NCBI GenBank assembly: GCA_951406725.2
Contig: OX597816.1
Location: 122,760,001-122,824,000 of the forward strand
DNA: 64,000 nt
Direction: 5' to 3'
DNA from: Octopus vulgaris
Taxonomy: Eukaryota
Below the pieces are notes generated by a model. That model did not search any database. It was given only the letters and a program-made list of their open reading frames with translations, and was not told the DNA's origin. The stretch's first letter is position 1. The number at the start of each line of letters is the position of its first letter. Below are positions 40,073 to 51,723 of the stretch, in pieces. The translations under genes and the position numbers were made by a program.

Positions 40073-40924
40073 CACACATACGTGCGTTATTAATGTCAAA
40101 CGAATGAGAGGAGTGCTCAGTACAGATTGTAGACAATTAATAAAAAAAATGCCGTTAGTTAGTTTTCTTTAAAGACTGATTCGGTCTACATTACCTGCTG
40201 CATGTTCTTCAAATTTGATCTGGAGACGCTTAAATGTACTTTAACGTCAGGTATATGACGGTGACTTTATAGACACCTGAACAGTATATTGAAAAGGAAA
40301 ACAGATGAAATTAGAAAATGGAGAGGAATTTTAAATGTTGAAGTTGCTCTTAGTTACAAGAACTAAATTAAACTTGCGCTAATTGCTTTAAAAATCCATA
40401 TTTTCCTCATCTGCTGAATAGGTGATCGATAAAAGCTATCCAGAAATACGAATTTGAGAATCAGAAAAGGAGTTTGTGGTGATTTTTTGGGTATTTTTTC
40501 GTATTTGGCATTTTTTAACTATCTAATTTTGGTATTCGAAACGCAGTATCACCCAAAAGAATTTTGTTAAAGAGATTTTAATATAACGGACTTGACTCCG
40601 TAATTCAGCGTCTTGAAAGATTAAAGCACATTTAAAAGATGGTAATATGTTTAAAATCTTGATTAAACAAAAATGATTTACTTTTGAATTTGATGAATTA
40701 CAGAAAATTGGAAAAAAAAAGAAAAACATTACAGTCCAGGATTTGCGAAGGGGTGAATTTTTAAAATTAACCAAAATGTTTGGTGTTGATGAAACTCATT
40801 TAGAAATACAAGTGCTTAAGATTTTTAAAGTAAACACTCATTAAATATACAGAGACAGGATATTTGTGATGAACAAATGAAAATCTGCATTGCCATTTTG
40901 TATGTTACCTTTTTTCTATTATTC

Positions 40925-41324
40925 TTTGACTTGTGTCAGTCTTTTGACTGCGGCAATGCTGGAGCACCGTCTTTAGGAGAACAAATCGACCCCAGGACTT
41001 ATTCTTTGTAAACCTAGTACTTATTCTATCAGGCTCTTTTCCGAATCGCTAAGTTACGGGGACGTAAATACACTAACATCGGTTGTCGAGCGATGGTTGG
41101 GGGGGACAAACACAGACATACAAATACATACATGCATATGTATATATATATACGACGGGCTCCTTTCAGTTTCCAAATCCAATTTTAGTTTCAGTTACCA
41201 AATCCACTGACAAGGCTTTGGTCGGCTCGAGGATATAGTAGAAGACACTTACCCAAGTGGGACTGAATCTGAAACCATGTGGTTGGGAAGCAAACTGCTT
41301 ATCACACAGCCACTCCTGCGCCTA
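40925..41324 (-). mobile_element. Abundant octopod-type tRNA SINE with internal (TA)(TG) microsatellite
   Basis: Minus strand ATAGGCGCAGGAGTGGCTGTGTGATAAGCAG...GGTTTCAGATTCAGTCCCAC head, TTGGGTAAGTGTCTTCTAC core, tail ...CAGTCAAAAGACTGACACAAG. Confidence 0.85.
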
Positions 41325-41622
41325 TACTATGAAAAATTTGATGAAATAAAATCTATACAGCCAGGATATCATAAAGTGCTTACAACTCAAACCATTACCT
41401 CAAACTGCATCAAACCTAGATACTTTTAGCGGAATCCACTTTGTTGCAAGCATTCATGTTAGGTCTCTGACCGGAGAAATAACTCCCTCTCTTCTTGTTT
41501 AAACATCTGTACCTGCGTTCTGGCGAGAGATTTGCAATGAAAATGTATTGACGAGTGCATTATGAGTGCATTATCTTTGAAATATACAACTAAAAACTAA
41601 GATCCACAGAAGAAATTGAAGA

Positions 41623-41677
41623 CACGTGATTGGCGACACACATAAACCAGCGTAGCTCAAAATTAGCACTGACGTCA
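41623..41677 (-). promoter_or_regulatory. Cluster of CRE (TGACGTCA), CCAAT box and E-box (CACGTG): candidate promoter
   Basis: TGACGTCA 41670-41677; GCCAATCACGTG on minus strand 41634-41623, in apparently unique sequence. Confidence 0.3.
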
Positions 41678-44059
41678 CCAAATCACAACGTAACGACAAT
41701 TTTCTTTATATTTGAGGTCTTAGGGCTTACGAGAACGGGCCATAGGAGCTACCATTTATCCTCTGAATAAACCTTTATAATTACTGAGGAAAATTATCAT
41801 TTTAATCCAGTTTTTCATTAAGAAATGTATCCAACGTATATTGTCATTTTTTATGTCGTTCTGAGTTGGCATCAATGTTTTGATTAGTTTAATTGTGCTT
41901 CTGATTATACTTACTTAACTCCTCCAGTAGTACTCAGTATAAAGTCATATATTGTTAAAGATAAAGCATCCGGGCATAAACTTTCATTTCAGAAAACAAG
42001 CCAAGTAGGCACGAATACCTAGATACGCTTTACAACTACAACGATTTTTATTCGTGTGCACATTGTAACACCTCGGGCAGTTTCATTCTGTTATAGTATA
42101 GAGGCGACCAGTGCTTTGTAAGTGAAATTTGGAAGACGGAAGCTGAATGGAACTACGTCAGAGATTGATGCCGTTCTTGTGTGACAGAGTTAATCCATTA
42201 CTCAATTCAACACGACCACTTGGCCCTTGCATGATTTTGGCGAAGTAAACATCGTTGCCAGAATTCGGGCAGTAAGCGGTTTCAGATTGGCTGTCTTCTT
42301 TTCCACTAATCCGACTAAACCATTAAAAGTATACGGAGATACTTCATAAAAATCTGAAATTACAAACAAACACGGTGTGAACAACTTTGAACAAAGCATC
42401 AACATTATTCTTCGCATAGACGAAACTCTGCGACATTGAGTCTACATTCAGAGAAAGAAAGCAAAAACTGATATTGCAACACAGTGGTTAAATATAGTAT
42501 ACAAGACTTACAAATACTACAGCGTTGACATTGTAAGTTACTACCAAAAAGATTCTTTATGTCTCCCTCACATTCCCTCTCTTTACATGTGTGTGTGTGT
42601 GTGTATATATATATGTGTGTGTGTGCGTGCGTTTGTGTGTACACACATATATCATTTCACAGCCACGAAGAAATGCTAGCTGGTTGATGAGTTATTGGGA
42701 AAATTTTCTCTTGAAATAATTACTCATATAAATATCCTTACTGCATTGTTTGACTTTTAATGTAAAAATAACGTTAACGTACGATACTAAAGGCAATTGT
42801 ATATTTCCCAAAATGTCCTGTGCTTTTAATTATCTTTGTATTGATATGGTTGTAATGGAGGAAATGGGCAGAGAAAAAAACTGAAGAAATAACTATGTAT
42901 TTTATATGTAACAGCGAAAAGCTATAACAAAAATAGTATTAGGAATTCTCAAATAGAAATGCTTTCAAATGTGAGCAATAAAACTGCAATTTGTGTTTGG
43001 CTGTTGCGATTTAATCTGATTTTCAAGTAAAAGGGAGAAAAAATATTTATGTAAATTTCGAAGTATGTTTTAGAATAAAATTTGGGATATATTATTATCA
43101 TGATAATAAAGTATATTATTACAAGAAAACACTCTATCTGGAGTTTTTGTAAATAATTAAGAAAGTAAGATTTCATTTTGTTACACAAGTTTTAAATGGA
43201 CTAATTATATTATGAAAAGAATGCCTGCATATATGATGTGTAGTCAATCAATATCTGTTTGATGCATTGCTTTTAATTATCATTACTATGAATGAAAGCG
43301 TGTGGTTTAATTGGTAGGGATACTGCGCTTATTATGATATGGTCCAGAGTTCATTTATTCGACTGAACGTTACATTGTGTTTTTTTTTTTTTTTTGAGCA
43401 AGGCACTACATATCACGGTGCTCTTGTCTACGTGGCAGAAAACGAGTACAAGCTCGAGTGAGAGAGTTGCACTAATCTCAATTTTGGAACAGCCTTATCT
43501 CCCTTCAGCTTTCATAATTGGGATGTTCCATCGAGCCAGATTTAAAAGGGCTAAGAGGTAGGCTTATGCCTACTCACGCCTTCCTAAATTAGCGAAAACA
43601 TGGTACATGCTACTAAGTCATACACGTTAGTGAGTGACGTTTATGCTTATGTTTCATCAAAATAAATCGGAAAAGAAAAAGCTGAATCTGTTTACATCTT
43701 CAGTGCGAAATGCTGTAGTCCCATGTATTTTTTATATACTCCTTGAATGAGTACCTTTTATATATGAAGGTAACTATATATGTCCTTTTATCCTTTTACT
43801 GATTTCAGTCATTACATTCTGTTTGTGGCTGGGCAGTTGTACATGTACGGATAGAAAGAAGGAAAGGTAGAAAATAGATAGATCGATCGATCGATAGATA
43901 GATAGATATGTGTGAATATATACAGAAACAGAGACATATAGATTGATAAATATTAATGTGTGTGTGTATATATATATATATATAATCTTTTATTCTTATA
44001 GTGGCATCGGTCATATGACTGCGGCCAAGCTGGGGTACCGCTTTAATTTATTTTCTTTT

Positions 44060-44370
44060 TGCGTTGCTGTCGCATTCTGGTTGGAAGTTGGTCTATGATG
44101 AGTTTGTAGCAGCTGATCTTCCCCGATTGTATCTTTGAATGATTGAATGGTCCGGTAGAGTCGTAAGGAGTTTATCCAACGTTTTTTCTTTTCTTTTTTT
44201 TTTATAATGTTTCAGCAGAGAACCCTTTTATATTTCTAATTCCTTTAAGTAGGCAGATGAATAATTGGGGACCTCTAGATATCAGACTGGTTCAGTAAAA
44301 TGTTTTGTTCATTATTTCGAAGGTAGTATATCTGGAAGCTGACAGTGTATACCTGCTTAGGTATTAAAAT
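44060..44370 (-). mobile_element. CR1 LINE 3' end
   Basis: SRGPQLFICLLKGIRNIKG...LDKLLTTLPDHS...RSAATNS matches the CR1 C-terminus GP.LFN.LP..IRN...LDK.L..IPD.P....A..NS. Confidence 0.65.
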
Positions 44371-44381
44371 TCTCTCTCTTA

Positions 44382-44412
<31 letters not shown>

Positions 44413-47400
44413 ATTTATACGCAAGCACACTTATAACACCGAATTACAAAGAAATATAATATCGTATTATTATTCATTGAAATTACCACACATATATCAA
44501 TCCAATAAAAACTAGTAAAAATTAATGGTTATGTATAATAATCATAGAACAAAACTATCAAATAACCTGCACAAGCAACTAAAATAATGATATTAACCTT
44601 GTATATGCGATCTGAAATACGAACATTAAATCTGAGATGTTTCCTAGATCAAAATTCTTACCATATTCATTGAGCAAGTACTTTTAAAATGGTTCCATTT
44701 AATATAATTTTGTGTTCAGCAGAAAAACAATATTTGCTTTTATTTGCTTTTATTTATTTCTTCTAACGAAAAATTAATTTATTCACTGCAATCTTTCAAT
44801 TTTTATTATATATTTTAAGAATATTTTTTTCCTTTTTTTTATCACTATTGCTTCTTGCTTTCTCTTATTCAGTAAAGCGTGCAAAATCTTGATGAATTTC
44901 AGATAAAAATTACCTTGATGCTAAATTTATCCGATTCACTGGCAATAAAATGTTCTGACTATAACCTGAGTGAACAGAATTTAATACTCTATTAATGTTT
45001 CATGTATTTACTTGGCTTTGTTTAGAGTTTTCTCTTTCTTTCCTTAAAACATTCTGAGTAATTTTCTCCAAAGCTGTTCCACTGATTTTCAAATGTTTCT
45101 AACACAGAACATTTTAAATAGTGGCTTCTATTTCTTTTTACTGTGTTTAAACATCACATACATGTGGCTGCAGTATGCCTATTCCTATCACAAAACAATC
45201 AAATAGCTTGCACAAGCAACTACAATAATGATATTAGCCTTTATATTACGGCCAAAGTCTAACATACACTTAGATAGCAAGCAAATTGAATATTCATTAT
45301 ATTAACAGCGATATTCTTAATCGTATTTACTTGTAGATAGGTGGTTTGCACCTGACAATCAAAGAACTATTTACAGTGCACTCATAGGATACCAGTTATC
45401 GGCTTACTTCAGCTGCAAATCCAATACCCTATCGACTCAAACAATCTTGTTTCACACACACACTCTCTCTCTTTTGCTCTCTCTCTCCTTTCCCACACTT
45501 ACAATCTCTTTCTTGTTTACTCAAACATGCAACATTGACATCGACGACAACAGTTCCTACGTCTATATAAAATCTTTTATGAAAAAAGAATATATATATT
45601 AAAAAGCTTGAACGACGGGGAAGAGTTCCAAGCAGGTCGATAATATTGTTTAAAGTGCAAAAAGCATCACAAATTCCAGGGCCACAATTAAGTAAGGTAA
45701 TATAGAACTGCTCTGTAAATTATTCAGATATGAAATGACATAATAAATACCATATACGGAAAATTCCCTATTATTTGGAAAAAATAACAAAACACCTAGC
45801 GAAATTATTAGCGACACTAAAAGGAAAATAAATAATCTGAATAAGTTAGAATGAATTTCAGAAATTTAATTTCCTAGCTTAAGGCGAAATCTGATTTTTG
45901 TTTGTAGCAGCCGACAACATCAGCGAAGTATAATGGAACTTGAGCCAGCTCCATAAGTGGGTATAAAAGTTTTTGCATAAAGAAAAAGAGTGACAAAACA
46001 TTTTGGCCTATGGTAATTTACATTACTAAAAAAGAATAAATGAATAAAAGCTAATGGAAATAGTTTAAGTGAGCCGTCACCATGAGGCGTAAACAAGAAT
46101 TACTAAGATTTATCGTTTTCTATTTGCAATTAAGAAGGAAGTTTCTTTTTAACTCTAGAAAACATGAAAAAAGTTACATAAACACATGAAGTTGATCACA
46201 CATGACCAAGTTAATTTTTCATTGAAAAATATTTACAAAACAAAAATAATTAACACACTTCAAGCACAAATCGGTTTCCTCTCTGTGACTTTCACATGCA
46301 AAAAATTTGATATTTTTGACAAATAATAATATTCTTTTAAATTATTTTTGAAACAACAAATCCAGCGAAATTTTCATGTTTTTATCTCTCTCCTTCTCTC
46401 TCTTAGATACTGAAATTATTTCTTCAGTTTCTTCAACCAGCATTTTAAGAAATTCGCGTCTAGATTGGAGGCTGCCGAAGCGAGCACACACACATGCGCG
46501 CGCATACACAGCCACAAACATATGTCAACCAACAAAAATTACGATCATCATTATCATAGCAACTCATGACTACTATTAAAGTTTTCAAACAAGCAACACC
46601 GTACTATTTTCAAAACTGGGGCTACGCAGAGACGTTGACTGCTTTCTACTTTTGTATACAAGTTGATCCTTATGAAAAGCTGAATTTTTCTTGAGATTTC
46701 AGAGAAAATTGGAATCCTACATGCTACTATGTCATTGGAAACCAGAGGTTGTAAACTTCTTATATTAATGACTCCTTGAAGGAGTCGATGGTAACTTATC
46801 GATCACCATCCTGTAAATTTCTAAAACATAATTAAAAACTATAATGAATGAAACAATTTCTTTTTTTTTTAAGCAATAATTCCTTCAATTTTAGTGTCAT
46901 TGCTGCTTTTTAATAAGAAATATCTAAAAATATTTAGTGAAAACACATAAAGAAATTGATAAAGCACATTAAAAATTCAGTTATATTGTCAGAGTATTTA
47001 ACGTGAAATGTGTTTGGTGAAAACTAGTTATTGCATTTTGACAGGAAATCACTGAATTCTTGTCTTAAATTACTACGCTTTTCCAGATTCACTTCGCTAA
47101 TAATCCAGCGCCCTTAATACTCAAAACCATTTGACGTGTTTATTGACCCCCTCGGGTAGCTACATAGCCTCCCCACCTCGCCCCCGGTTCAATATTGACC
47201 ACTTTGCCCCACCTGTTCTAGCTTACACTCAGCCACATTATTCGTAACACAAAACTTTCGCTATTCTCTTCATTCAAACATCCGTCTATTAAACGTATTA
47301 CACGACTCAGAACTTTCTTTTCGATCGTTGTTTGGCGATCACTTCATCACAACTTACCCATATAGCAACTGAGACACAAGCATTTAGCCTGTGACCAGAT

Positions 47401-49239
47401 TCCAGGGCCATAATTCTTCAATTTACATTGACACATTTTAGTTCATTGTCATATTTCAGAACTTTTACTTAACGTTTTAAAATTCTTTTAAAATATTTGT
47501 TTATTTACAATATTTCTTTACAAAATCTACCCCGTTACCAACCATTTGACAGCTCTCTTACTCTCTCTCTCTCTCTTTCTCTCTCTGTATGACTTTGACA
47601 CATTGCTAAGTTAGATTATTCAACACAGTTGACGTCTACATCTTACACAAGTTACCAACAATCGCTTGTTATTCTTTTCCTGATGTTAAGAAATGCAAAT
47701 GTACTTTTTGTCGCAACCGTTAGGTGCTTTTTGTTTATAATTGGTTTTACTCAAATTTCTATGTGTCAGAAGTTTCCTTGACTGAGCTGAAACAAAATAA
47801 ACATTTTCGCATTGCATGCGCACGCGCACACACACACACACACACACAAGCCCTTTTCTGTAAATCTGTTTACCTAGCGTAAACTAAATATATATTATAC
47901 TGTTCAAATTTTGTTACTGCCTGTTACTAGTAAATTCTCATTTTTGCAGCTAAAATACTGGCGTAAAATTTTGGCAAAAGGCCCGCAATATCAGGGTAGG
48001 ATATAAATCGATTACATCAACTAGTGCTTATCTTATCGAACCTGAAAGGATGAAAGGGAAATTCGACCTCGGCGAAATTTGAACTCAGAACATAAAGATG
48101 GAAGAAATTACGTTAAGCATTTTGCCATTTTATGCCGTGAAAATTTAAGCTCCAAATTCTATATTTTTCATTGTAGCATCTTGCATTCCGTGTGAGATAT
48201 AGGTTTTATAGACAAAAATCATATTCTTAAAATTTTCAACACGTTCAAACACGTTCAAGACAATATGTACAATTTTGTGTTAATATATAAGCAAAACAGC
48301 TCATAAGACCAATGCTTGGTGCGTGCGTGTGCGCTCTTACACCGACTGTTAGACGTGTATTGTTTGTTTTGTCCTTTTATGCCCAGTAAATTAGTGGATC
48401 GACAAATTAGAAACCGACAAGGTAAGTACCAGATTAAAATAGCTACTGGGGATGATATCTAAAACTAAAATCCTTTGGAGACTCTGTTCCAAGATGGCCA
48501 TAATCAATTGACTAAAAGCAATAAATTAAATAATAGTAAAGTTTCATTGCAACTATTTACAACTGATCTGGAGTATTTAGTTAATTTAGTGCTTTTGTTG
48601 TAAGAATTGTAAATGTTATGCATAAAATTCGAAATTAATATAATTGTATTGAATGAAGTCTAATGCTTCAAATTCAAACCTATTATGCCTTTTTGGTTCA
48701 TGGATGAAATTGTTGTTATAATGAGTTTTTGAAAGTACCACAGACAATTTTCTATCTGTGCAGCGTACCTTGTTCAGGCTTGTCTAGTGGAACTATTCCT
48801 TCTTTAAGTTATGTCAAAGAAGAATTTAAACTCACAAGTACAAGGCTGTAAAACAATTATTTCCTTGCACTTAATGTAAAAAGTCCGAGTTAAATCTCCC
48901 TCGAATTATTATTTACTGTCTTTCAAAATGGATGGTTACATTGGACAACATAGTAAAAAAATATAATGCATCCTAGAAAAACACAGAATGGTCACGGCTA
49001 AAACACCTTTAGGTCATATGTCTCTACAACCAAGGCAAACTTGGGCTAAACAGCAAAATCAACTTAGTAAATTTGTACCCCTCTATGATTATTTAGAGGA
49101 AGATGGATTTAGTGGAAAGTAGTGAAAAATCTTATTGGGCCTTCGCTGTGGTTGTATATGTTATTTCACTTTGGTTATTTATTTTCTATAAGACCTTATG
49201 GGTAAGCTTGGATACAGTAATTACTTGTGATTGTAGTTC

Positions 49240-49560
49240 GTGAAAGGAGCATGACACAGTGGTTAGAGTGTCGCAATCATAAGGTCGTGGGTTCGATTCA
49301 CGGACCGGGCTGTGTGTTGTGTTCTTGAGCAAAACACTTTATTTCTCGTTGCTCCACTTCACACAGCTGCAGAAATGAGTTGGACGTCACTGGTGCCAAG
49401 CCGTATTGGCCTTTGCCTTTCCCTTGGATAACATCAGTGTTGTAGAGAGGGGAGACTAGCATGCATAGGTTACTGTTGGTCTTTCATAAACAACCTTGCC
49501 CGGACTTGTGCTTTTTTGATGCAATCCCGTGGTCATTCTTGAACGAAGCGGGGTCTTCTC
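49240..49560 (+). mobile_element. CORE-like tRNA SINE
   Basis: CAGTGGTTAGAG A-box, GGGTTCGATTCAC B-box, GTGTTCTTGAGCAAAACACTTTATTTC core. Confidence 0.8.
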
Positions 49561-50924
49561 CGGTTCATGAAAGGCCAAATTTTTTCCTTCACGCATTTTA
49601 AGAAGTTAGATTCACAACTACGTCATTTGGGATTCACTCCCACTGCACGGCACATTGGGCATAGATAGATAGAAAGAAAGAAAGATAGATACATACATAC
49701 ATACATACATACATACATGCCTACATATATGTATGCATGTGTTTGTGTATGCCTTTGTGTTTGTCCTACACCACTTGACAACCGGTGTTGCTTCGTTTAC
49801 ATTGCTTAAATTTAGTTCTGCGACGAAGTGAACGGTAGTATAAGAACCATATTTAAATAGTATAAATAGTTTGATCAGCTAAAACCACTCAAGGCATAGC
49901 CCCAGCAGAGCTTAAATCCAAGCAATATGTTGTTGATTACCTATCCGTGACTGTAAGCTTTAAACACTAGATTATAAGTTGAGTGAAATTCTACTGGGTG
50001 TTATTTCTAGGCAGTTAAGCGACCAATTAAAGGATATTTTAACGGTTCATTACTTTCTTGTCTTCAAATAAGAAGTAAGTGTGATATTTTCAGTTGGAAA
50101 TGTATAAATCAACAGGATCACGTTATAATATATTTTACGTGTAATTCGAACACAACTCATTATGGCAACACAGGAAATTGACAATGTCCCGTGAAGTGTG
50201 TTTTAGTACAGTTATTGCAGATAATGCATTATATAATATATATAGTACACTTCATCTAATCCAATTTTCCTACGTATACTTTATATTGACAGGTTCTCTT
50301 TCACAATTTGCCCAAAAAGTTCCAAATTATCACTGACAGAATTCTTATCACTAATAATTAGAAAATACTTCGTTAATCGATTTAACTAGTATATATTAAA
50401 ATTTAATGATAATTTTCTTCTTGCAAGCTTTATATTGAATGCTAATTAATATAAGATCTGTCAGCAATAATTTATTAAGAATTATAAATGGTTTGATGAA
50501 GAGTACATGAATGATTCAAGTGTCCCACTAAATTATGAACATAAAATCATCAAATAAACTTTCAAAATCCTCAATATATGATTACCATATTATATGGTAA
50601 TAAATTATATATATATGTGTGTGTGCGTGTATGTATGTATTATGTTCGAACGATTGATAGCTGTATACTTCGACAGCTAGACCTCTTGTTCTTCAAAAGT
50701 TGAATACTCTTTTACTCTTTTACTTGTTTCAGTCATTTGACTGTGACCATCCTGGAGCACCCCCTTTAGTCAAGCAAATCGACCCCAGGACTTATTCTTT
50801 GTAATCCTAGTACTTATTCTATCGGTCTCTTTTGCCAAACCGCTAAGTTACGGGGACGTAAACACACCAGCATCGGTTGTCAAGCGATGTGGGCGGGGGT
50901 GGGCAAACACAGACACACAAACGT

Positions 50925-51012
<88 letters not shown>

Positions 51013-51016
<4 letters not shown>

Positions 51017-51282
51017 TCAGCAAAATTTAGATTCAGAAGAATATGGTACTTAAGTTAAAGGCACCAGAATTTGATATGGCATTATCCATATAAATCAAAT
51101 GGGGTTATTATAATCAAAATAAGCAACAAGGATGTCCAAGGTAATGTAGTACAATCGTTTCATGCTACTTCACTTAATTAAACAATGTAAGTATTACATC
51201 AGTTTTAAAATGTAGAGCACTCTTCAGCCACATATAGAATTTTTGTACTACTCTACCTTGGATATCCTTGTTGCTTATTTTG

Positions 51283-51288
<6 letters not shown>
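51013..51288 (-). mobile_element. (TA)n-embedded fold-back element with long-loop hammerhead
   Basis: 46-bp inverted arms 51109-51154 and 51243-51288 (3 mismatches); hammerhead 51233-51144; (TA)n on both sides. Confidence 0.8.
51144..51233 (-). ncRNA. Type-I hammerhead ribozyme with extended stem-loop II
   Basis: ATGTGG-CTGAAGA-GTGCT...(~49 nt)...AGCAT-GAAA-C(GATT)G-TA-CTACAT; canonical core, 6-bp stem I (one G-U). Confidence 0.75.
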
Positions 51289-51340
<52 letters not shown>

Positions 51341-51438
51341 GGAGTAAACACATAAATGTGAAACAAGGTGGAAAAAAGAGTACTCAAATACCAGTGGTAG
51401 AGTAATATGCTTTATTTTAAGCAGCAGAAAATTCAACA

Positions 51439-51484
51439 AAATCTGTTACTCTGAGTTTCTCGTTGCCGTTCATCAGACAGTTTT
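51439..51484 (-). ncRNA. Minimal type-I hammerhead motif (left arm)
   Basis: Exact reverse complement of 51605-51650. Confidence 0.75.
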
Positions 51485-51604
51485 TGCTAGAATGGAACCG
51501 ATATATCAATTCAATCTATACTCTTACGAACGCTACACCTTTGTACACCTGTGTAGCGTTTGTAAGAGTATAGATTGAATTGATATATCGGTTCCATTCT
51601 AGCA

Positions 51605-51650
51605 AAAACTGTCTGATGAACGGCAACGAGAAACTCAGAGTAACAGATTT
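51605..51650 (+). ncRNA. Minimal type-I hammerhead motif (right arm)
   Basis: AAAACTGT-CTGATGA-ACG(GCAA)CGA-GAAA-CTCAGAG-TA-ACAGATTT; canonical CUGAUGA/GAAA/GUA, weak stem II (A-A at its base). Confidence 0.75.
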
Positions 51651-51678
51651 TGTTGAATTTTCTGCTGCTTAAAATAAA

Positions 51679-51723
<45 letters not shown>

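Larger units (their letters stand above)
51339..51679. mobile_element. (TA)n-embedded fold-back element with 129-bp arms, each carrying a hammerhead (PLE terminal repeat with inverted copy)
   Basis: Arms 51410-51538 and 51551-51679 differ at one base; 12-nt loop; AATAAA downstream of the ribozyme; 71-bp unique tail; (TA)n flanks. Confidence 0.9.

Noticed and set aside
49240-49320. tRNA gene
   Set aside because: A/B boxes continue directly into a SINE core; no acceptor stem or cloverleaf. The same applies to the other SINE heads.
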